Shown piece after piece: positions 13,520 through 24,656 of a DNA stretch of 64,000 nt. The stretch comes from Octopus sinensis (Eukaryota). The notes beneath the pieces were generated by a model. That model saw only the letters and a program-made list of their open reading frames with translations, was not told the origin of the DNA and ran no database searches. Location: NCBI RefSeq assembly GCF_006345805.1, contig NC_043017.1:18724001-18788000 (forward strand), read 5' to 3'. Positions within the stretch are counted from its first letter, which is position 1; the number at the start of each line of letters is the position of its first letter. The position numbers and the translations under genes were made by a program.

Positions 13520-13870
13520 GGGATTATGACAACATCGTTACTTTAGTAAAATTTCTTCTTTTCTTCACTTACGTTCATTTATCTTACAACTGAACACACC
13601 AAAACAAACAGATGTAGAAGGAAAATGACATGATCTATAATGTAAGACATAGTTTCTATTAAGAATACTTACATATTAATATAGAGCCAGTGACGAAGAT
13701 GTCACATGTCAGAGCGAACAATGACAGCTTCAACACAACGTCTACATTTACAACAACCGACAGCAAAGTATTCACTTCAGGACATCGAAATGCGGCATTT
13801 GTAATGAAAGCAACAATAATGGGGGATGTACAAAAATATTCTCGGCAATCTTGAACTACCGAAACGAATA
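13520..13870 (-). promoter_or_regulatory. Conserved upstream module of ZNF-3 (donor at 13672; acceptor 12086-12085)
   Basis: Reverse-complement match to the family module including AT|GTAAGT. Confidence 0.7.
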
Positions 13871-14737
13871 GGTAAACACTACCCAGATGGTTATTATTGT
13901 TATAGATCATAGTATCGTTCAATGGCATTGATTATTTAACTTGTGGCACTGTTTCACCAATGAAAGAAAAAGAAAATGAAACTGAAAATGAGTAAAAAAA
14001 TTTTTTTTTAAATAAAGAGAAAGAAAGAAAGAAAAGAAACTAAAAATACATTTAGCTTGCCAGAGAAAACAGTAAATGCTTATTTTCGTTTCCGATAACT
14101 TATGGACAGAAAAATCGTAATAAATGTAAACCTCTTTTATAATACGTGCATATGTAAAAGTTATTACGACGTAAACAAAAACATCTGAATATTTAGGGAA
14201 ATAAATTTATGAACAGGTTATATTTATTACTATGCTGCCTAAAAGATTGCATGATGCTACTGAGAAATGAAATCAAGTCTGTAATAATAACATTTTCAGG
14301 ATAACCAAGTTGATTTTTGTATATCCCCTGCTTCATTTTTTTTTTTTCAGTCCTGCGCCATAAGCGAGAAATTATACAACTTACTAAAGTTACGTAGTTA
14401 ATAAAACACTTTTTCTTTTTACAAAAACGAAATAAATAAACAGTAACAGATATCTAAGTTTTGCAACTGTTTGTGTAGTGTGATGGAGGAAAAGGACAAC
14501 AGAAAAATAAGCAAACGGGAGAAAGAAATACAAAAGGCCTTACCTGTTGGCCTCGGCATAATGAGCAATCATTCTCAAGAAATAAACACGTCTTTGCTCG
14601 AACTGACCACACGTGCTTCCTGCCCATGCATGCCCCGTGACTGTACCACAACCCCCTGCAGTCTTCACATCCGTCTACCTCATCTGCAATCCCCTCCACC
14701 AACACCACATAGCTCATCACAGCCCAAAACATCACAG

Positions 14738-15030
14738 TTTGCAAACCAGTCCCTCTATTTAGATTACAGTATGCTTGGTATCAGAGGAGCCAGTAGGCTG
14801 AAGGCCATCAGGTTGGTTGTGGAGACAGTAGGAGTTGCATCAAAGTGGCTGTGGACTAGGAGGGGCGAACCCTGAAAGAGGCAATGCTATGAGGGCTAGT
14901 GTTAACTGGACACAAGCTTGGTGACGCTCAGGTGGGTCACCTGGATGAGGGTGTCTGATGTTGAAAGACTCAAAACGCTTAACAACTCCAAGAAATATCA
15001 GTGATGATGTGTCCAGGTGCATCACAGGAG
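14738..15030 (+). mobile_element. HERO-like RLE non-LTR retrotransposon 3' end
   Basis: FANQSLYLDYSMLGIRGASRLKAIRLVVETVGVASKWLWTRRGEP* followed by a GC-richer 3' UTR. Confidence 0.7.
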
Positions 15031-15634
15031 GATTTATGGAAAACCTATATATATTTTACAGATAAGAAAGTAATTTCGAACACAGTACAGACGTGAAAAC
15101 AGCAGAAAGATTGCGTATTTTGCCCCAATAAGACGGGAAAAGTTCTCAGCAGATGGCTACGGGACTCCCCAGATACTGACTTCCGTACTCTATCATTAGA
15201 CTAAACAACCATACTCACAACAGTTTCCATCAAATTAAATATAAATAATAATAGCTTTTGGAATGCAACAACATTTTGTAAACAGACTTTGGAAGCGTCG
15301 TATGTGTTTCGTATTTTTCAGAGAAGGTAAATTTCGAATGCAGTATAGCCATGAACACGGCAGAAAGTTTGGGTATTCTTTCATTCATAAATACATACAT
15401 AGAGGGAGAAAAGGAAAATGGAGATTCATCATCATCATCATTGTTTAATGTCCATTTTCCATGCTGGCATGGGTTGGACGGTTTGACTAAGGTCTGGGAA
15501 GCCAGCAGCTGAACCAGACTCCAGTCTGATCTGGCAATGTTTCTACATACCTTCTTAATGCCAAGCACTCTGAGAGTGTAGTGGGTGCGTTTTATGTGCC
15601 ACCGGCACAGGAGCCAGTCAGGGGGCACAGGCAT

Positions 15635-15973
15635 TGTGGAGTGAATAAATGTCTATCAAAAACAAATTAATCATTATGCTTTACAGCTGTTTCAATTAAT
15701 ACTCAGTGGATTGAATATTAAATTCACAAGCCCTGAGCAGACTATCTTCAGAGGAAAAAAACATACCCTTAGATGTTTTATATGCGTGATTATGGATTCA
15801 TTATAACAGTCTGCTATAATGAATCCATAAATACACATATAAAACATCTAAAGGTATGTTTTTTTTCCCTCTGAAGATATTATGCTCTGGGCTTATGAAT
15901 TTAATATTCAATCCACTGAGTAAGGCATAATGATTAATTTATTGTTGCTAATAAACATTTATTAACTTCACAA
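15635..15973. repeat. ~340-bp fold-back palindrome, Penelope-like inverted terminal repeats
   Basis: Arms are reverse-complementary around ~15811; CTGAAGA...GAAACAGCTGTA on the minus strand of the left arm. Confidence 0.8.
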
Positions 15974-16517
15974 TCTCCATTTCCTTCTTTAATTTAAGGC
16001 ACAGGAGTGCCTATATAGTTCTGGGTTCAGTCCCGCTGCGTGGCACCTTGAGCAAGTGTCTTCTACTATAGCCTCGGGAAGACCAAAGCCTTGTGAGTGG
16101 ATTTAGTAGACGAAAACTGAAAGAAGCCCTTGTGTATATATACATATATATGTGTGTGTGTATCCCCTACATCACTTGATAACCGATGTTGGTGTGTTTA
16201 CATCCCTAACTTAGCAGTTCAGCAAAATAGACTGATAGAATAAGTACTATGTTTACAAAGAATAAGTCCCGGGGGTCGTTTTGCTCAACTAAAGGTGGTG
16301 CTCCAGCATGGCTACAGTCAAATGGCTGAAAAAGGTGAAGGAATAGGGTCGAAACTTAAATCCTCCTTCTTTCTTTCCTTTCCTGAGCATCCAATAACAC
16401 TATACTTGATCCATGTCCTCGCGTTGTTGTATTTTTTCTTTGTTCATGTTTGGATTAACTATATATATATATATATACACACATGCAAGCATGCGCATGT
16501 ACTCAGAACAAATTATA

Positions 16518-16694
16518 GGTAAGTTCACCATCAATTCACTGTGAAGAATGCTCACAGCGAGGAAAGTTTACCAAGAAAATATATCCGTATTATCTCACCA
16601 ATAATAGCTAAGAAGTATTTTATTGAAAAAAAAAAAAAGTGAATTGATGATGTTGAACTTTCTCCTGCAGTGAATTGATGACAGTGAACTTACC
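16518..16694. mobile_element. MITE-like element
   Basis: GGTAAGTTCACCATCAATTCACTG versus CAGTGAATTGATGACAGTGAACTTACC. Confidence 0.6.
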
Positions 16695-18320
16695 AGACAT
16701 CAAAATCCTGAATTCTGAAAAGCCCAACGATTGCTATTTCAAACTGCCATCAGGCATTTATTTCTCTCCCAGTGTAACATTAATTTAAACACTTCCACTC
16801 CTCATAATTTCAATTCCAACATTTACCATTTGGTCATCACATTTACATTTTCATGACTTTCTTCTCCAAAACCTTGACTTGACCAGTTTGTAGCTTCTAT
16901 ACAGAGTAATACTCTCTCACTTTCTCTTTTTTTCTAATTAGAGTAGCCATGTATCTCCTCCCCATCAGAATCCCTGTTTCTATCATACTTTAACCTCTTG
17001 TCCATTCTACTTCCATCTCACTTGAAGCACTTTGTCTTGCAAGTTGCTTGATGACCTCACCAGTGATGGTGCCATGTAAAAAGCACCCAGTTCACTATGT
17101 AAAATGATTGGCATTAGGAAGGATATCCAGGTGTGGAAACCATGCCAAAGCAGAGAGCAGAGCTTGGCACAATCCTCTGGTTCATCAGCTCCTGTCAAAC
17201 TGTCCAACCCATGGTAGTCTAGCCATGGGTTTCTTTTACAACTGTACATAGTGTGTAGTTGCCACAACTAAACATTAACACTGTTACATTTGTATAGAAT
17301 AACGAAAGAGCCTTTCATAAACTTCACAAGTAATTTGATGCAATTCAGAACAGGTAGGTGACAATTTATTCTCCATTATAAAATACAATGATTGCGATAC
17401 ATGAAATAAAATAACATAACAGGTTACAACAAAGATGTGTGAGAGAACTTCGTGGTTAGACTGGACTGATCTGGTGGACAAAGTCAATGTAGTGTTTGGT
17501 GGTGTGTAGAGGCAACTGTGGTTTTCATACAGCAACAATGTAAGCAGGCGTCTGGTGGAGTGAAAGCAGAGACTGGCTGGTGTCAGATACACTGTTGCTG
17601 GAGATGAGTTGCGTGTGGTCAGTGGTACATGCCAATGGCATAGAGCAGTTGAAAACTGTCTTTTTTATAGAGATCAGTAGTCTCCCAGAGTTGGTGATTA
17701 ATTTCCTGCATAAGGAAAAATAAACTGTTGTGCCAACATGTTTGAATGGCTGGAAACCGACCAATACAAATAACAGGTTCATTTAATCATGAGGTCATGT
17801 GAATTATTTTGGAAGTTATGATAAACTTTTCTTAATGTCCCAAAGGGGGATTGTGCAAAAAAAAGATTTCTCCTTCTCTATTCAATTGCAATAATAAACA
17901 TTTAAGTTTTTTGAAACTATAGTATCAAATGCAAATGTGTATGAAATATCAATGAATGATAAAGATGGGAAATGCAAAAAAAAAACACTTTTCAAAACAG
18001 TCAATATTTTTGTAGTTCAAAAATTGTGATTTATGGCATAAAATATCCTCTCGAATTAGCCAAAGCTAATAATGACGAACTATTAAATATTGTTAAACAC
18101 ACCTCTGCAAATGCAATGTACGTAAGTAATTCACTTTAAATACAACGAACAACTAGTGGTGAGACTCTTTTTAGCAGATCCCCAAATGGGGCTCATGGCA
18201 GGCAATGGGTTAAGTAACTTTTTTCAGAGACTGATTTACAATTGACATCACAGTTCCCTACTGCAAGAATATGTTTGTGTGTCACGAACAGAAAAGTCTT
18301 AAAGAATAATTTATCAGATT

Positions 18321-19520
18321 TCACAGGGATGTAGATTCTCTCTTGTAATGAATCCGTTTGTGAGTAGTTAAGTTACATTTTTGAGTGAACGACTTGTTAC
18401 AGACATCACACTGGTATCGTTTGTCTCCTGTATGAATACGCTTATGTATATTTAAGGAACTTTTTTCAGAGAATGACTTACCACAGATATCACAGTGGTG
18501 TGGTTTCTCTCCTGTATGTGTAACTTTATGTTTGGTTAAGCTACCACTTAGAGAGAATGATTTACCACAGACTTCACAACTATATGGCTTCTCTCCAGTA
18601 TGAATACGCTTGTGTGTAACTAATTGGCTATTTCCAGAGAATGACTTCCCACAGATATCACAGTGATAGGGCATTTCTCCTGTATGAATACGCTGGTGTA
18701 TATTTAAGGTGCCCTTTCCAGAGAATGATTTACCACAAACATCACAGTGATACGGTTTCTCTCCAGTATGAATACGTTTATGAGAAATTAAGTAACTATT
18801 TCTACAGAATGATTTACCACAGATATCACAGAGATATGGCTCTTCTCCTGAATGGATAAGTTTGTGTGTATCCAAGTTACCTTTTTGAGAGAAAGACTTT
18901 TTACAAATATCACACTGATATGGCATTTCTCCTGTATGAATACGTTTGTGAGTAGTTAAGCTACTACTTACAGAGAAGGTTTTACCACAGATATCACAAT
19001 GATATGGTTCTTCTCCTGTATGAATACGTCGATGAGTAGTTAAGCTACCACTAACAGAGAACGATTTACCACAGATATCACAATGATATGGTTCTTCTCC
19101 AGTATGAATGCGAATGTGAGTAGCTAAGCTACCTTTTTGAGAGAAAGATTTTTTGCATATATTGCAGTTATATGCTTTCTCTCCAGCATGAATACGTCTG
19201 TGAGTTGTTAAGTTACTATTTACAGTGAATGATTTACCACAAATATCACAGTGATATGGCTTCTCTCCTGTATGAATTCGCTTGTGTAAGTTTAAGCCAC
19301 CCTTTTCAGAAAATGACTTACCACAGATATCACAATGATATGGTTTCTCACCTGTATGGATGCGTCTGTGAACAGTTAAGTTACATTTTTGAGAAAATGA
19401 CTTGTTACAGATATCACAGTAATATATTTTTTCTTTCTCTTGTTTTTCCTCAGCAGGTAAATCAAGTCTCTTAGACTGTGGTTCACATTCAAACTTTTTC
19501 TCACATAGTTCATCTTCCAT
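18321..19520 (-). CDS. C2H2 zinc-finger protein ZNF-4, 13 tandem fingers
   Basis: 399-aa ORF. Same C-terminus ([13 protein letters not shown]) as ZNF-2. Confidence 0.96.
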   Translation of the reverse strand: MEDELCEKKFECEPQSKRLDLPAEEKQEKEKIYYCDICNKSFSQKCNLTVHRRIHTGEKPYHCDICGKSFSEKGGLNLHKRIHTGEKPYHCDICGKSFTVNSNLTTHRRIHAGEKAYNCNICKKSFSQKGSLATHIRIHTGEEPYHCDICGKSFSVSGSLTTHRRIHTGEEPYHCDICGKTFSVSSSLTTHKRIHTGEMPYQCDICKKSFSQKGNLDTHKLIHSGEEPYLCDICGKSFCRNSYLISHKRIHTGEKPYHCDVCGKSFSGKGTLNIHQRIHTGEMPYHCDICGKSFSGNSQLVTHKRIHTGEKPYSCEVCGKSFSLSGSLTKHKVTHTGEKPHHCDICGKSFSEKSSLNIHKRIHTGDKRYQCDVCNKSFTQKCNLTTHKRIHYKRESTSL

Positions 19521-21247
19521 AATTTTACATCATTCACCACAAAATACAAATGGTTTTTTTAGTTTTATTTCACTTTTGGATTTGGTTTGCAAGATTCTTC
19601 ATGTGATTTCTTGTGTTGAAGCATATTCTGTTATGTGTGGGGAGAAGTCTTTCTCTTTTACTGCCTTGTAATTTAACACACTCACCAGTAAAATTTCCAC
19701 TTATTTCTTTTTTACTTTTCTAAAATTTTTGTTGCGTCTTGCAATCATTTCAATAATTTTAAAATTTTGCTGTTATATTTTATTCCTCACAAATGTTTCT
19801 TCTGTTATGTTTCTGTCAATTGTGATCTCTGTCAATATTTGAATATGCTGCAAACTTCTTTGCAATCCAAAGTTTAATTAAAACTTGAAATCATCCTGTA
19901 CATATTTCAGAGAACGAAGTAAGGAAATTTTGAAAACTTGTCTCTGTTCAGATCAAATATTTCACAGCAATTCCTGCATAGATTTATACAAACAAGTTTA
20001 TATCTCTTGTGTATAAGACTTTCCTTTCGTCTTTAAAACTTTCTACTATGCCAATGTCATCTGATATTCTGAAATAAAAAGAGAACAAGACATAAAATAT
20101 ACAGGATATTTAAATGAAAAGTAGACATCCAACAGTGGACATTTTATGACATTTCTCACATATATACATATCTATATTCTAATGTGGTGGTGCATTGTGC
20201 TTGTGAGTAAAACTCGTCCTTACACCTTGCCCCAGGCCACTCAGCTGTAAATGGGTAGTTCTGTGACAGACAGGTGTTCCATGTTGGGCCAATGCTGTCC
20301 AGCCCACATGGAGGCATCATTCACAAACTACTACAATGCAAGGAAGTGCACTGTAACCAGCGATGCCTGACAACGTCCAATCGTCTGGTTAATACAGTGA
20401 AATATCCTAATAGAGTAGATGAATGTGACTGCCTTTCCATAACTTCCTCTTTCATGTCAGATACTTTATTTCTTGTGATGGATGTAATTTGGCTGAAGAC
20501 TTTATTTTAGTTTTCATTAATCAATGGCAGCCTGCAGACCAAGTATGGCTAGAAGATGTTGTGGAGCACAATTATACACACACACATGTATATACCTGTA
20601 TTCACATGACAAATGACCGAGACCTTCGGCAATACGCTGAAATCATAGTTGTGGAGATACTGGTGTCCCGCATTGGACTCTTTTTTTATATATAATGTAA
20701 GATTAATTAGATAAAATCATATTTACAGCTGATATACCCTTGTATGTGTTGTGGAGCATAATTATACACACACATGTATATACCTGTATTCGCATGACAA
20801 ATGACCGAGACCTTCAGCAATATGCCCTGCTCGAGTAGAAGACCCAACAAGCCAAGTGAAATCATAGTCGTGACAGATACTGGAGTCACGCAACCGGTAC
20901 ATGTGCTGGTGGCACATAAACGCACCCATTACACTCTCGGAGCGGTTACCATTAGGAAGAGTATCCAGCCGTATAAACTATGTCAAATGAGACTGGAGTT
21001 TGATGCAGCCCTGGTCAAATCGTCCAACTCATGCCAGGTTGGACAGCGGACTTCAAATGATGACGATAATGATATATCATCATCATTTAACGTCCGTATT
21101 CCATGCTGGCATGGGCTGGATGATTTGACAGGATCTGATGCCATGTACACAAATACGATAAGCTCAAGAGGTGCAAGCGCCGGTCCTTAGTCCCTTCTTG
21201 TTTATGATTGTTTTTATGTGCCATAAGAGAGGGGTTTAAGACAGGCT

Positions 21248-21358
21248 GTCTATGGGAACTCCAGTTCAGTATAGACCAATTACCCTGAAACTCTCCCGAG
21301 TTTCAGGGTAATTTTTGCATCTCCAGTGACACAAGTAGGGTGTCACTGGAGATGCAAA
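21248..21358. other. Array of consecutive hairpins
   Basis: Perfect 16-bp stem (21278-21313) directly abutting a perfect 19-bp stem (21314-21358); imperfect stem at 21248-21276. Confidence 0.9.
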
Positions 21359-21399
21359 CATTATTGAAATTAAAACATTTCAGAAAAACAGGAAGAGAT

Positions 21400-21720
21400 A
21401 CGACATATTTTCCAGGAAATGGGAAGTCTATAAAACCATATATTACATATGTGACAGCCTACCATATGAAGGATTAAGACAACATCGTTACTTTAGTAAA
21501 ATTTCTTGGCGATCTTACGGTACACGAAGATGTCACGATAGGTTCAAGTTATCACAACTAAGACTGGACAACGACAGCTTTGACACAACTTCTATATTTT
21601 ACAATAATCGTCGGCGACCTTTTTCACTCTGGGACATCGAAGTGCGAACATTTAAAATTAAACTACAATAGGCATTGTACAAAAATAGACCCGGCAATCC
21701 TCAACTATACGAAACGAATA
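21400..21720 (-). promoter_or_regulatory. Upstream module of ZNF-4 with internal deletion (candidate donor GTAAGA at 21518; acceptor 20070-20069)
   Basis: Both flanks of the module are present but the central segment carrying the canonical donor is missing. Confidence 0.55.
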
Positions 21721-22759
21721 CATTAACGCTTGAGAGAAGCTTATTATTACAGATTACTGCTTTCTCCTCTGAACACAATCGTTTATTTAAATTATGGAAA
21801 TATTTCACCAGCGAGAAAACTAAAGCTAAGAATGTTTCAAAAATAAATAAAGGTGTCTGTCTATCCAGTCAAAATGGAATTCTTGTTTTCACTCCACCAC
21901 AGTATTATTTAGATAACTTAACAAGGTAGAATCGCAGTAAACAAGACATTTTACAAAAATAAGGGATAAAAAGAATACATATATTTCACAATAAGTAGAA
22001 ATATTATTCGAAATTTTACGGAAATCCATAAATTACATTCACACGCACTTTTGTTGATCTTTGATTTTCTTAAATATTGGACAGAGGGTTTCCTGACTGT
22101 GAAAGGGGGAAATGCAAAAATGAACGTAGGTTACCCAACTGAAACGAAACGAATACGGAATGCTAAGAAGTGACTTATTAAATGTCATTTTTATAGATTT
22201 GCCTTTATAATTCCGTACGTAAACATAACAGTGACAGGATGCTGTCTCAGTTTTAGATTTTATTTCCTCGCTATATATGCGTTTTCCAAGTGAACGTCGT
22301 CGGCACTTATTAAATTTATTGTATGTTGTTTCCAAATTGTTGTTAATTATAAATCATCCAGACGTTACTTTTCTCTCCTTGTATAACACATGCTTTTAAA
22401 TTGAGTATATTTTCCCTCAAATTGGTAATTCAATGAATTTCGTTTCAGTATTTCACTTAAGCCATGAAGTTTTTATATATTCTCTATTTTTCTTTTTATC
22501 TTTTTTAGCAATTAAAACTGCAATGCCGGCCATTTACCATTTGTGTTGCTTCTAATTATTCCATGTTGGTTCTTTCTACTTTACTAAGAACAAAACAGAT
22601 TTAAATATCATCCCCATAGAGGTACATTATCTTGATGCAGTTGAAGTGGAAGGTTTCCTTGCTGCTGATGAAGACGATAAAGAATTATCAAGTCTGAAGA
22701 TAAACTATATAAAGCAGATCGGGATATATTTAAAGAACTATCCTGAAACTAAAGTGAGA

Positions 22760-23010
22760 GTTAGTTGTTATGACATCTTTGTCATTGCCTCTCTTGTAAC
22801 ATGTAAGTATTATTAATAGAAACAACATCTACATTGCATAGGTCGTGTCCTCTTTCTACTACATCTGTTTGTTTTGATGTGTTCAAAGATAAAGGAAAGA
22901 AAGTGAAGAAATTTTCCTTTAAGTAACGATGTTGTCTTAATCCCCATACGGGTCGGCTGTCACATATGTAATAGAAGTGAGTTGAAAAACTTGCTTTAAC
23001 TGACGTTAAC
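22760..23010 (+). promoter_or_regulatory. Upstream module of ZNF-5 (donor at 22803; acceptor 24332-24333)
   Basis: AT|GTAAGTATTATTAATAGAAACAACATC matches the family module. Confidence 0.7.
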
Positions 23011-23786
23011 GATTGTTCTCTTAATACTTTCACTGTTTGCCTTTGCACACTCAATTTCAATAATCTTTATTCCTCCATATCTTAATATTAACACAAAGAA
23101 AAAGTTTCTATTTCTTAAGGTCACTTCTGTACATTATTTAGTCACCATTTACCTTTATTTCTAGCACCTAAACTTGACAAACTTTTGTCCAACATCGCTG
23201 ATTTCAAGTGATTTTGGTATTGATAGTCAGAGATCGATATTCTCCACTCCATCACAGAATCAGAAATCAACGATTTAAAATATTTAAACATTAACAAAAC
23301 AGGCACTACCACTGCATCTGATAGATTCGTTTTTCGTTTGAGAATTTATAATTTCATTTTTTTAACAATTCTTCTTGCTTCACTTCCCGCCCAAATTTAA
23401 TATCTACTTAACTTCTGTGCTCGCTCCTTTTGTAAGAAATAGCAGCCAAGACTCTTCGCAGTATTATTTCGATATGTAGCATTGTTTAAACTTTAAATTT
23501 TATCGTTTTGTTTATGTCTATCCTATGTCCGCTGGATGCAAAATAGGACATCCGCTGTATGGATGACGTTTATTGACATAGAAACATATTCCCTCTTGTT
23601 TCGCGAATATCAAATTATTTTCATTGGGGAAATACCGATTCGGGAGCATATTTCATTCTTGATATTATTTCCATTTATCATTTAGAGTAGGTCGCTGTAA
23701 TCAACAAAATCTTTAATCAAATCACAGCCATCAGAAAGAATCTATTTAACATGAAAGATAAAGTAAAGAATAAGTTCTCATATTTA

Positions 23787-24159
23787 TCTCTCTATATATA
23801 AACGGCAGTTTGTCTGTGTGTGTTTCTGTGTGTCTGTTTGGTTGTACCCTCACTCTGACCACGGCTTTCAACCGATTCTGATGAAACTTGACACACACAT
23901 AGCCCAATGTCATAATTCAAAACTAACGCAGCGAAAATTTTGAAAAGTTCCCCTAGTTCTGAAAAAAATCGATAAACTCGACATGGGGTCGACAATCAGA
24001 AACACAAACCACAGACCGTCTAGGGGACGCAACTCTACCTTTTTAACTCTCAAAAAAAATTTACCATCATTTTTTTCCCATTATTTGGCTATAACTATCT
24101 AAAAATGCTTTATAGTTATTTCCCTTACAAACCCGAGTAACGCCGGGCGATACTGCTAG
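23787..24159 (+). mobile_element. Non-autonomous Helitron in ZNF-5 intron
   Basis: A|TC 5' end, (GTCT/GT)n tract, 3' hairpin CCCGAGTAACGCCGGG, then CTAG|T. Confidence 0.85.
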
Positions 24160-24656
24160 TCTATTAATATATTTGTACCATTTAGTTTTGATATTGGCTA
24201 TATTGAACGAATCCAATTCATGTAAAAGTTTATATCTGCTGTTTATCAATATAAAAGAAATGTTAAATGTCCACTGTTGAATGTCTTCCGTTGAAGTGTC
24301 TTTTATATTTAATGTTGTTCTGTTTCATTTTAGATTATCAGATGACATTGGCATGAAAGAATTATTTACCTGAGATCCATCAATATTTATCATCTTAAAG
24401 ACAAATGGAAGTCGTCATACAGAACATGTAAACCTCATTGTGTAAAATCTATGGTAGAATTACTGGGAAATATTTGTTCTCAACTGAAATTAATAACAGC
24501 CTATTTTGCAGTCTGGAATGAACTTATGATGATTTTGTATTTTAATTGAACATCTTCAAAAATTGACAAAGATTTCACTAACTAAAGGATTTGTTTAAAA
24601 TAAATTATAACCTCGAAAGAGACACGTCTGTACATTGTGGTAAGAAACGCAAAAAT

